Assembly: GCA_965214705.1 (NCBI GenBank) | Contig: OZ243972.1 | Coordinates: forward strand, 896,001-960,000 | DNA length: 64,000 nt | Direction of reading: 5' to 3' | Source: Alphaproteobacteria bacterium | Lineage (GTDB): Bacteria; Pseudomonadota; Alphaproteobacteria; UBA828 | Shown: piece by piece, positions 53,399 to 61,919 of the stretch | Position numbering within the stretch: the stretch's first letter is position 1 | Layout: every line of letters begins with the position of its first letter | Position numbers and translations under genes: made by a program | Notes under the pieces: generated by a model | What the model was told of the DNA's origin: nothing | Databases searched by the model: none | The model's input: the letters and a program-made list of their open reading frames with translations, nothing else

Positions 53399-54774
53399 AC
53401 GGCCAGCAGGAGGAACTTGCGCTCCCAGGAACTGACGACGCGCAGGTAGGCGTCGTATTCGGCGCGCACCACTTCGGTGAGGCCCTTGACGAAGTGCTCC
53501 CCGAACATGGCGTTCGCTTCGTCCGAGGACTCGAACTGCTCCAGCGCGGTCCTGAGGTCGAGCGGCAAGGTCTCGAACGCGCCGGTCTCTTCGCCCTCTA
53601 CCGGCAGCGAGGGCTCGAGTTCTTGCGTCACGCCGAGATAGCCGGCGGCGAGCGTGGCGGCGATGGCGAGGTAGGGGTTGGTGTCCGAGCCCGGCAGGCG
53701 GTTCTCGACCCGGCGGTTATGCGGCGGCGCGTCCGGCACGCGTAGACCGGCGATGCGGTTGTCGTAGCCCCAGCCGACATTGAAGGGCTTGCTCGCGCCG
53801 AAGCGGAGCCGGCGGTAGGAGTTGACGTTGGGCGCCATGAGCGGCGTGAAGACCGGTAGGAAACGCTGCAAGCCACCAAGATAGTGGCGGAACGCTGCCG
53901 ACTCAGCCCCTTCCGCGTCGGAGAATAGGGGCCGGCGCTCCGCGCCTTCGTAGACTGATTGGTGCACGTGCATGGCGCTGCCTGGCTCGCTCTGCATCGG
54001 CTTCGCCATGAAGGTGGCGTAGAAGCCGTGGCGTTGGGCCGTCTGGCGCACCGTGCGCTTGAAAACGAACACCTGGTCAGCAAGCCGCAGCGCGTCGCCG
54101 TGACGGAAGTTGATCTCGACCTGCCCGGCCCCGCTCTCGTGATTGAGCGTGTCGATGTCGAGCTCCTGGGCCTCGCAGTAGTCGTAGAGGTCCACGAAGA
54201 AGGGGTCGAACTCGTTGACCGCGTCGATGCCGAACTCCTGACGCCCAGCCTCGCGCCGGCCGGAGGCGCCGATGGGCGGCTTGAGCGGCTGGTCCGGGTC
54301 GGTGTTCTTCTCCACCAGGTAGAACTCGATCTCCGGCGCGATCACAGGATGCCAGCCGCGCTCGGCGAAGCGCTCCAGCAGGCTTGCCAGCACGCGGCGG
54401 GAGTAGAAGGGCGAATGACCGCCGTTGCGCAGCACGCAATCGGCGATCACCTGCGCGGTGGGCTCGTCGTACCAGGGCACCAGGGTGAGCGTCGCGGGAT
54501 CCGGCTCCAGCACGAAGTCGCTGTCGCTCACGTCGATGGAGACGGCGCCCGGCGGCGGAAAGTCGCCGGTGAGCGTGTGGACGAGGACGTTCCTGGGAAG
54601 CCGGTGCTGGCCGCCGGCGAGCCCCTCGATGAACTTGTCCGTGGGCAGAATCTTGCCGCGCGGCACACCCGCGAGGTCTGGCACGATGCACTCGACCTCG
54701 ACGATGTTCCGCTCTCTGAGCCAGGCCTCGATCGCCCGGTGTGCGTCATTCATACGTGCTGCTCCGCCCTCCAT
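53395..54774 (-). CDS. puuA: Gamma-glutamyl-polyamine synthetase (glutamine synthetase family)
   Basis: PRGK, APEIEFY, HESGAGQVEIN, FMAKP..PGSAMHVHQS, NSYRR and RVENRLPG. Confidence 0.85.
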   Translation of the reverse strand: MEGGAARMNDAHRAIEAWLRERNIVEVECIVPDLAGVPRGKILPTDKFIEGLAGGQHRLPRNVLVHTLTGDFPPPGAVSIDVSDSDFVLEPDPATLTLVPWYDEPTAQVIADCVLRNGGHSPFYSRRVLASLLERFAERGWHPVIAPEIEFYLVEKNTDPDQPLKPPIGASGRREAGRQEFGIDAVNEFDPFFVDLYDYCEAQELDIDTLNHESGAGQVEINFRHGDALRLADQVFVFKRTVRQTAQRHGFYATFMAKPMQSEPGSAMHVHQSVYEGAERRPLFSDAEGAESAAFRHYLGGLQRFLPVFTPLMAPNVNSYRRLRFGASKPFNVGWGYDNRIAGLRVPDAPPHNRRVENRLPGSDTNPYLAIAATLAAGYLGVTQELEPSLPVEGEETGAFETLPLDLRTALEQFESSDEANAMFGEHFVKGLTEVVRAEYDAYLRVVSSWERKFLLLAV

Positions 54775-54797
54775 ATTGGGTCGCGCAAGGCCGGAGT

Positions 54798-56696
54798 CTA
54801 CCGCTCGCCTCGGTTGCCGAAGAGCATCGTCACGTTGATGCGTCGGTTCTCGTAGCCGGGGCGGAAGTCGAGATCGTCGGTGCGGTGGAACAGGTCGGAG
54901 TCAAAGATGACCACGCGGTTCCGCCGATAGGGCACGGTCACCGGCTCGTCGCCGGCTTCCTCCAGGAACTGCGCCATGCGGGCGCTGTCGGCATTGTAGG
55001 TGCGGAAGGCCCAGTCCGACGGCGCGTGCGCCTTGTGAACCACCAACCCACCCGAGGCCGGATCGCGGTTCGCCTCATCGGGGGTCACCCAGAAGTTGAC
55101 ATTGACGGCAGCGAAGTCAGCGTGGGTGGCGATCCCCTGCAACCTGGAATCATACTTGTAGGCCCAGAGCTGCTCCAGCTGGTGAGGCCCGAAGATACCA
55201 GGGAGCCGCACCCGCAGCTCGTCGGCGATCTGGAGTGCGAGCGCCGTGCCGAAGCCGTCCACCAGATAGGCGCCGAGGTAGCCGCGCTTCACCTGATACC
55301 AGACCGTCGCATCGAGGCAGAAGCACCACAGCCGCTCCAGGGCATCTGCGGTCAGGAAATCGTCGACGACCACGAGATTAGGCGTGCTCTCCCGATATGC
55401 GCGCTCGATTTCGTCCGTATCCAGGTCCGGGTTGACGGCACCGTCGGCCGCGGACGGAGCCGCGGGGAGATGAAGGGGGCGGTTGTAGGCGGGGGCGACG
55501 CGCCGCCACTCCCGATCGTCGAGAGTGATCGGTTCGTCCGGAGGGGTATCGGAGGGCAACGCCGCGAGCACCTGTTCGTAGGTGTCGGCAACCTTGTCGA
55601 ACGACGAATCGATGCGGCCTTCGGCGCAGAGCCGGCGGATCTGCTCGGCGTCGTGCTGCAGCTTGAACGGGGCAACCGGGACTGCCGGCCGTTCGTCCCG
55701 CTGGGTCAGCAGGGCAGGTGTCAGCGGCGGGCCGTGGCGCCGCGCGGCCGCGCGGCCGAAGCAGCTGAGAGCCGCGTCAGCGTCGCCGCGGGCCACGTGA
55801 ACCATGCCGAGATTGGCGCGGTAGGTCGCGTTCTCCGGCTTCAGCTCAAGCGCGCGCTCCAGGCTCGCGACCGCCTCGTCTTCGCGGCCGAGGCGCTTGA
55901 GGGCGTTGCCGAGATTGGCATGCGCCGCCGCGTACGCGGGATCGAGGGCGATGGCCTCGCGATAGGCTGCCTCCGCCTCCGCCATGCGGTGGAGGTCCTG
56001 CAGCACGTTGCCGAGGTTGGCGTGCGCCGCGGCAAGCTGCGGATCGAGGTCGATTGCGCGGCGGAGGCTGGCCTCGGCCTCCTCCAAGGCGCCAACCTCC
56101 TGCAATGCGTTGCCGAGGTCGGAACGCACGCTCGCCGCATTCTCGTTGAGCGCGACCGCCCGCTTGAGCGCGTCGACTGCGTCCTGGGCCCGGCCGATCT
56201 CCAATAGGGCGAGGCCAAGCTCCGACTGCGCCGACCTGTGATCGGGCTGGATCGCTAACGCCTTCTCGAACCACTCGACCGCTTCGGCTGGGCGGCCCGC
56301 AGCGCGCAACGCGTGACCGAAGTTGTAGCGGATGTCGGCGTTGCTCTTGTCGAAGGCGGCGGCGCGGCGGTAGTGCGCGTCGGCCTCGTCGAAGCGGCCC
56401 AATCCATTGAAGACGTTGGCGAGATCGTTCAGAAAGCCGGCGTGGCGCGGCGCCCGGCGCGCGGCCTTTGTCAGCAGCGGCAGCGCGTCCTCGAGCCGGC
56501 CTGCCTGGGCATGGAGCACGCCGAAGAGATGCAACGCATCCGCATGGCCGGGACTCTGGCGCAGGACCCGCTGGTAGAGCGCCGCAGCCGCCTCCACCCG
56601 ACCCGCGCGATGATGGGCGAGCGCGGCGCGAAGCATGTCGTCGACAGGGTCGCCGGCGACCCGCCCCTTGGCTCGTCGTCGCTCGCGCCGCGCCAT
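54798..56696 (-). CDS. TPR-repeat protein with C-terminal 2OG-Fe(II) dioxygenase-like domain
   Basis: ATG at 56696 after a GAAGG SD. About 8-9 TPR units (e.g. AHANLGNVLQDLHRMAEAEAAYREAIALDP); C-terminal THAD...VNVNFW...GGL...VIFDSDLFH...RINVTMLF pattern (HxD...H...R). Confidence 0.82.
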   Translation of the reverse strand: MARRERRRAKGRVAGDPVDDMLRAALAHHRAGRVEAAAALYQRVLRQSPGHADALHLFGVLHAQAGRLEDALPLLTKAARRAPRHAGFLNDLANVFNGLGRFDEADAHYRRAAAFDKSNADIRYNFGHALRAAGRPAEAVEWFEKALAIQPDHRSAQSELGLALLEIGRAQDAVDALKRAVALNENAASVRSDLGNALQEVGALEEAEASLRRAIDLDPQLAAAHANLGNVLQDLHRMAEAEAAYREAIALDPAYAAAHANLGNALKRLGREDEAVASLERALELKPENATYRANLGMVHVARGDADAALSCFGRAAARRHGPPLTPALLTQRDERPAVPVAPFKLQHDAEQIRRLCAEGRIDSSFDKVADTYEQVLAALPSDTPPDEPITLDDREWRRVAPAYNRPLHLPAAPSAADGAVNPDLDTDEIERAYRESTPNLVVVDDFLTADALERLWCFCLDATVWYQVKRGYLGAYLVDGFGTALALQIADELRVRLPGIFGPHQLEQLWAYKYDSRLQGIATHADFAAVNVNFWVTPDEANRDPASGGLVVHKAHAPSDWAFRTYNADSARMAQFLEEAGDEPVTVPYRRNRVVIFDSDLFHRTDDLDFRPGYENRRINVTMLFGNRGER

Positions 56697-56746
56697 CACA
56701 CCTTCATGGGAGTTGGAATATCCGGGGCCCGTCGCCGGGCGAACGC

Positions 56747-57832
56747 TTATCCCGCCGCGTTCAGAGCAAGCCCGGATTCGGCGTCGAAGAGCGTAATGCG
56801 GTTCGCGCGGAGAGCGAGACCGACCTGGGCGCCGATAGAGACCGGCTCGTGCACGTCCATGCTCGCCGCCACGTATTCGCGGTTGACCAGCAGGCCATCG
56901 GCACCATCGAGCGTGATGAACGCGATGATGACGCCGCCGTAAGATTCGGTGAACTCGATAGTCCCGTCGATGAGGCCCTCGCCCGGCGGATGCAGGATCA
57001 CGTCCTCGGGCCGGATGCCGAGGACGATTGATCCGCTGCCCTCGGCGCTCGCGCCCTCCAGCGCGCGATTGGCGACCGTGACCCTGCCCTCGCTGAGCTC
57101 GCCCTTCAGAAAGTTGATACCGGGGCTGCCGATAAAGTCGGCGACGAACATGTTGGCCGGGCGCTCGTAGATCGTGACCGGATCGGCCACCTGCTGGACC
57201 TCGCCCTTGTTGAGCACGGCCACGCGGTCCGAGAGGATCAGCGCCTCGGCCTGGTCGTGGGTCACGTAGATCGTCGTCACCTTGTAGGCCTGATGGAGGC
57301 GCTTGAGCTCGGTCCGCATGTGCTCGCGCAGCTTGAGGTCTAGGTTGGAAAGCGGCTCGTCCATCAGATAGCAGGCGGGGCTCCGCACCATGGCGCGGCC
57401 GAGGGCGACACGCTGACGCTCGCCGCCGGAGAGCTTGGCCGGCTTGCGCTCGAGCAGCGTCTCGATATTGAGCAGCTCCGCCGTCTCGCGCGCCTTCTGC
57501 ACCGCCTCGGCTTTGGACATGCCGGCGACCGTGAGGCCGAGGGTCATGTTCTGCAGCGCGGTCATGTGCGGATAGAGCGCGTAGGTCTGGAAGACCATCG
57601 CCACGTCGCGATCGCCCGGATTGACGTTGGTGACATCGCGCTCGCCGATCGCGATGGAGCCTTCGGTCGGCTCCTCCAGCCCTGCGATCAGGCGGAGCGT
57701 CGTGGTCTTGCCGCATCCCGACGGCCCGAGCAGGGTCAGGAACTCGCCCTTGGCAATGTCGAGGTCGATCCCCTTGACGGCCTCGGTGCCGTCTCGAAAC
57801 CGCTTTACCAATCCCCTGAGCGTGACGTTCAT
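56747..57832 (-). CDS. Carbohydrate (CUT1) ABC transporter ATPase, MalK/UgpC-like
   Basis: GPSGCGKTT, FQTYALYPHM, LSGGERQRVALGRA and MDEPLSNLD. Confidence 0.95.
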   Translation of the reverse strand: MNVTLRGLVKRFRDGTEAVKGIDLDIAKGEFLTLLGPSGCGKTTTLRLIAGLEEPTEGSIAIGERDVTNVNPGDRDVAMVFQTYALYPHMTALQNMTLGLTVAGMSKAEAVQKARETAELLNIETLLERKPAKLSGGERQRVALGRAMVRSPACYLMDEPLSNLDLKLREHMRTELKRLHQAYKVTTIYVTHDQAEALILSDRVAVLNKGEVQQVADPVTIYERPANMFVADFIGSPGINFLKGELSEGRVTVANRALEGASAEGSGSIVLGIRPEDVILHPPGEGLIDGTIEFTESYGGVIIAFITLDGADGLLVNREYVAASMDVHEPVSIGAQVGLALRANRITLFDAESGLALNAAG

Positions 57833-57839
57833 GGCGGCC

Positions 57840-58658
57840 CTATTTCACCGCGCCGAGCGCAAGGCCGCGCGCGATGTGTCGCTGGAGGAGGAACACGACG
57901 GCGATCATGGGCAATAGCTGTATCACCGCGCCGGCGCTGAGCGAACCCCACAATACGTTGTAGAGGTCGATGGTCTTCTGCAGCGCGACCGGCATCGTCG
58001 TCGCCTTGTCGTAGGTGAGGAACAGCGCATAGAGATATTCGTTCCAACTGAAGACGAAGGTGAAGATGGCCGTGACCGCGATACCGGGCGCGGCCATCGG
58101 CAGAATTAATCGGAAGATAATCTGCAGCCAGCCCAGCCCGTCGAGCCGCGCCGCCTCCTCCACCTCCTTCGGCAAATCGAGCAGGAATCCGCGCAGAATC
58201 CAGACCGCGAACGGCAGCCCGAAGGCGACATAGACGACAATCAGCACGATTTGCGTATCGATCAAACCGAACCAGTTGGCCATCTTGAAGTAGGGCAGCA
58301 CGACGACCACGCCTGGCATAAATCGCAATGAGAGTATTACAAGGGCCCAGGTATCGCCCCCCATGAGCCCCATCCGCGCAACCGCGTAGGCCGCAGGTAG
58401 CGCCAAAATCATCACGATCAGGGTCGAAACGCCGACCGTGATCAGGCTGTTCAAGATCGCCCGATCGAAGAGGAAGCGATCGAATATCTCGACGTAGTGC
58501 TCGCCGGTCGGCTCGAACGAGTAGAAGGTGGGCGTCGGGGCATTGATGACGTTGGTGGGCTTCACCGAGGTGAGCGCCACCCACAGCACCGGGATCAGCC
58601 AGACGACGACGACGAGCACCGCGAGGATATTGATCGCGCGCGTGTAGATCGACGACAT
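57840..58658 (-). CDS. Carbohydrate ABC transporter permease
   Basis: TM helices, EEAARLDG and SWNEY. Confidence 0.93.
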   Translation of the reverse strand: MSSIYTRAINILAVLVVVVWLIPVLWVALTSVKPTNVINAPTPTFYSFEPTGEHYVEIFDRFLFDRAILNSLITVGVSTLIVMILALPAAYAVARMGLMGGDTWALVILSLRFMPGVVVVLPYFKMANWFGLIDTQIVLIVVYVAFGLPFAVWILRGFLLDLPKEVEEAARLDGLGWLQIIFRLILPMAAPGIAVTAIFTFVFSWNEYLYALFLTYDKATTMPVALQKTIDLYNVLWGSLSAGAVIQLLPMIAVVFLLQRHIARGLALGAVK

Positions 58659-59623
58659 CAGGGTTGGTCAGCGGCGCGCGCCGCCTTCTCCGTTCGGTAG
58701 AGCGTGTTGAGGAATGCAAGCACGACGATGTTGATCAGGATCAGGATGAGGAAGCCATAGGCCGCCATCAGGCCGAGATGGCCCTGCTCGAAGATGGTGT
58801 AGTCATAGACGCTCGCCATCAGCGTCGACGACCCCGGCCCGCCCTTGGTCATGATGAAGTTGAGATCGAAGATGCGGATCGAATCCACGAGCCGGATCAG
58901 GATCACCACCATGATGACCGGGCGGATCAGCGGAATCACGATGCGCGTATAGAAGGTGACGCCGCGTACCCGGTCGAGCCGTGCGGCCTCCGTGATCTCC
59001 GGCGAGATGCTCTGCATACCGGCGAGCAAAATCAGCGCGATGAAGGGCGTCCACTGCCAGCAGTCGACCAACATCAGCGTCATCAGCGCCGTATCCTTGT
59101 GCGAGAGCCAAGTCCACTTCTCGAGGCCGAAGCCGGTGTTGAGGATCCAGTTGGCGAGGCCAGAGACCGGCTCGAAGATGAAGCGCCAGGTAAGCCCCAT
59201 GGCGATCGGCGAGATGAACACCGGGATGATGATGAGCGTGCGCAGGAGACCCGCGCCCTGCATCTTTCGGTCGAGCAGGACTGCGAGGAAGAAGCCGAGG
59301 ACCATCTGGATCGAAACGACGACGACGGCCCATATCACCGTCAGCTCGATGCTGTTCCAGAAGCGGCGGTCCTCAAACAGGTCGTTGTAGTTGCGCCAGC
59401 CGACGAAGCGCGCCACGTCCGGGTTGTAAAGCGGGTCGACCTTGAAGGAGAGCGTGCCCGAGAAGATCAGGGGGAAAATTGCGAGCGCGAGCAGGACAAT
59501 GACGCAAGGCGCGAGCAGCAGGTAGGCCGTGCGCCGTTGCTGGCGAGCGACGGCGCCGGGTCGCCCCTGTCGAGGCGGCCCGGCCGCTCGGGACGGCCGG
59601 GCCTCAAGGGTAAGAGCGGTCAC
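58658..59623 (-). CDS. Carbohydrate ABC transporter permease
   Basis: FVGWRNY, WQWTPF, EAARLD and TKGGPG. Confidence 0.93.
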   Translation of the reverse strand: MTALTLEARPSRAAGPPRQGRPGAVARQQRRTAYLLLAPCVIVLLALAIFPLIFSGTLSFKVDPLYNPDVARFVGWRNYNDLFEDRRFWNSIELTVIWAVVVVSIQMVLGFFLAVLLDRKMQGAGLLRTLIIIPVFISPIAMGLTWRFIFEPVSGLANWILNTGFGLEKWTWLSHKDTALMTLMLVDCWQWTPFIALILLAGMQSISPEITEAARLDRVRGVTFYTRIVIPLIRPVIMVVILIRLVDSIRIFDLNFIMTKGGPGSSTLMASVYDYTIFEQGHLGLMAAYGFLILILINIVVLAFLNTLYRTEKAARAADQP

Positions 59624-59663
59624 GCCCGAGGCTCCGAGGAGCCCCTGGCCCTAAACGCTGCGG

Positions 59664-61088
59664 CTAAACGTAGCCGCTGTCCTCCATGATGCGCTGGGTC
59701 CGCTTCTCCATAGCGGCGAGCGCATCCTCGATACTCTGCTCCTCGTTGACCGCGTCGGCCACTTCTTCGCCCATCGCGCCCATGATGGCGTAGGCCTCCG
59801 GTATCACCGGGGCATTCACGACGCACACCGGATAGGCCTTCATCAGGCCCACGAAGAAGGGCTTGCGGTCGGACCAGCGGCTGAGCGTGGAACGCCGCGA
59901 GAGCTGGCCGCCGGCCCCCACGATCGCATCCGCGATGAGCTGACTGCCGCCCAGATCCTCGTTGTCGCCCGAGTTGAGGAACTTGATCCAGGCGAACGCG
60001 GTCTCGCGATTGCCGCCCCAGGTCGGCATGAACTGACCGAACCCGCCGGTAAGCGCGCGGTGCCCGCCCTTTTCCCCGGTGCCTCTCGGCGAGAGATCCA
60101 TGTGCCAGTGCTCGTGCAGGTCGGTGTAGGTCGGGTCGTTGAGCACCGCCGTGCCCCAGGTCAGCGGGCTGTAGAGTGCCGTGCCTTGAGCGAACACCAG
60201 GTTCACTTCGTCCTCGCCGGCGTTGGCGGAGACCGGATGGGCGTACTTCTGGAGATCGACCAGCACCTTGAGCGCCTGGTAGCCCTCCTCGGTGTTGATC
60301 GCCACTGTCCAGTCCTCGGCGACCTCGTCCACGAAGACATCGCCGCCCATGCTGCGCAGAGATCCGTAATACTGGTAGCCGGCCCAGAAATTGCGCGCCA
60401 TTGCCGCGCAATAGGCGTAGCGCTCGTTGGCCGGGTCGTGGATCTCCTTGCAGGCGTCGATCACGTCGTCCCAGGTCTCCGGCACCGGGATGCCGGCGCT
60501 CTCGAAGACGTCCTTGCGATAGAAGGTCATCATCGCGTTGCCGTCCGGCGCCAGCGCTGCGATGTAGCCTGGCGGTGCCGGCCCCTTGGGCAGGTTCCAC
60601 ATGTGCCGGTAGGCCTCCGGCACATCCTGCTCGTAGTCCGCAAGCCAGTCTGGGAACGGCTCCAGGTAGGGGCCGAGGTCGGTCAGCGCGCCCATCGCGT
60701 CGAGGGCTGCGAACTGCGCGTGGTCCTGCGTGATGACGTCGAACGCATCGCTCTTGGACCGCATGTAGGTGTTGATCTGGGTCAGCGCCTCGCTCATCGG
60801 CTTGGAGACAACCTCCAGCTCGACGTTGGGGAACACCTTGTCGAAGAGCGGCTTGACCGCCCTCAAGGAGTTCGCGAGCCGTTTGCCGGACGACGCGAAG
60901 TGAACGATGGTGCCGCCGACGTCGGCATGCACCTCCTTCGGCACGAACTGCGACGCCAGCGTTGCGCCCAGCGCCGTTGCGGCTGAAGCCTTGAGCACCT
61001 GGCGGCGGGTCAGCTCCCGCTCGCGAAAGTGCTTGATGCGCTTCATCGCGCTGTCGTAAGCCCTGCCATCGTGATCTGAATTCCGCAT
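59664..61088 (-). CDS. Carbohydrate ABC transporter substrate-binding protein with Tat signal
   Basis: TRRQVLK twin-arginine motif, FYRKD and VPETWDD; GGGGAGG SD; heads the permease-permease-ATPase operon. Confidence 0.9.
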   Translation of the reverse strand: MRNSDHDGRAYDSAMKRIKHFRERELTRRQVLKASAATALGATLASQFVPKEVHADVGGTIVHFASSGKRLANSLRAVKPLFDKVFPNVELEVVSKPMSEALTQINTYMRSKSDAFDVITQDHAQFAALDAMGALTDLGPYLEPFPDWLADYEQDVPEAYRHMWNLPKGPAPPGYIAALAPDGNAMMTFYRKDVFESAGIPVPETWDDVIDACKEIHDPANERYAYCAAMARNFWAGYQYYGSLRSMGGDVFVDEVAEDWTVAINTEEGYQALKVLVDLQKYAHPVSANAGEDEVNLVFAQGTALYSPLTWGTAVLNDPTYTDLHEHWHMDLSPRGTGEKGGHRALTGGFGQFMPTWGGNRETAFAWIKFLNSGDNEDLGGSQLIADAIVGAGGQLSRRSTLSRWSDRKPFFVGLMKAYPVCVVNAPVIPEAYAIMGAMGEEVADAVNEEQSIEDALAAMEKRTQRIMEDSGYV

Positions 61089-61268
61089 ATGCGCCTCCCC
61101 TAGGGTGTCTGCGTCGGGCAGATGGAAGCCTCCCCATCTGCAAAAACGCTAGCACGGATGACTCACCACGGTCACGGCCCGCGTTCCTACCCATGCGCGT
61201 CTGTCCTTTCCGCACGCGGTGTGTAGACTGCGCGCCGGCACGCACCTTCACGATTCGGGAGCAAGGCC

Positions 61269-61883
61269 TTGTTCAAATCCAGATTGCGGCGGCTCTCGGT
61301 CTTTCTCGCGCTTGCCGTCGCGGCGGGGAGCATGATGACTGACCAGACCGAGACCCAAGCCGACGAGGGCACAAGCCCGCTCGTCACCTTCGAGACCACA
61401 CACGGCTCGTTCTCCGTCGCGCTGGAGCCCGAATCCGCGCCCAAGACGGTCGAGAACTTCCTCGCCTACGTGCGAGACGGGCACTACGACGGAACCATCT
61501 TCCACCGCATCATCGCGGGCTTCATGATCTAGGGCGGCGGCTACGACGAGCGTTACCAGCAGCTGCCGACCCGCGCGCCGATCGAGAACGAAGCGCCGGA
61601 CGCGCCCGGCAACGACCGAGGAACGATCGCCATGGCGCGCACGGCCGATCCCCACTCCGCCACGGCGCAGTTCTTCATCAACGTGGTGGACAACGACTTC
61701 CTCAACCATCGCGGCAAGAACCCGCAGGGCTGGGGCTACGCCGCGTTCGGCCAGGTGGTCGACGGCATGGAGACGGTGGACCGCATCGCCGCGCTGCAAA
61801 CCGGACCCGGCGGCCCATTCCCGAGCGACGTGCCAAAAGAAGCCGTGGTCATCGAGAAAGTGACGGCGGGCCCCGGCTCCTGA
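61269..61883 (+). pseudogene. ppiA: Cyclophilin-type peptidyl-prolyl isomerase (PpiA/PpiB) interrupted by an in-frame TAG at 61530-61532
   Basis: ORFs 61269-61532 and 61632-61883 share a frame: APKTVENFL..YDGTIFHRII.GFMI*GGG...IENEA...[21 protein letters not shown]...GYAAFG. The stop replaces the conserved Gln of FMIQGG. Confidence 0.88.
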
Positions 61884-61919
61884 CCGCCAAGCGCTGAACC
61901 TCGACCAGCGGTCCGGGCG

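Noticed and set aside
48043-54774. potFGHI convergent on puuA/puuB as a novel system
   Set aside because: This is the well-known putrescine uptake and gamma-glutamylation pathway.
54798-57716. 972-aa ORF
   Set aside because: The N-terminal third is an alternative frame of the ABC ATPase; the TPR protein starts at 56696 with its own SD.
61530-61532. Genome-wide TAG-to-Gln recoding
   Set aside because: Many genes end at TAG at family-typical positions (8535, 12850, 14448, 33327, 42869, 49140), so TAG is a normal stop here.
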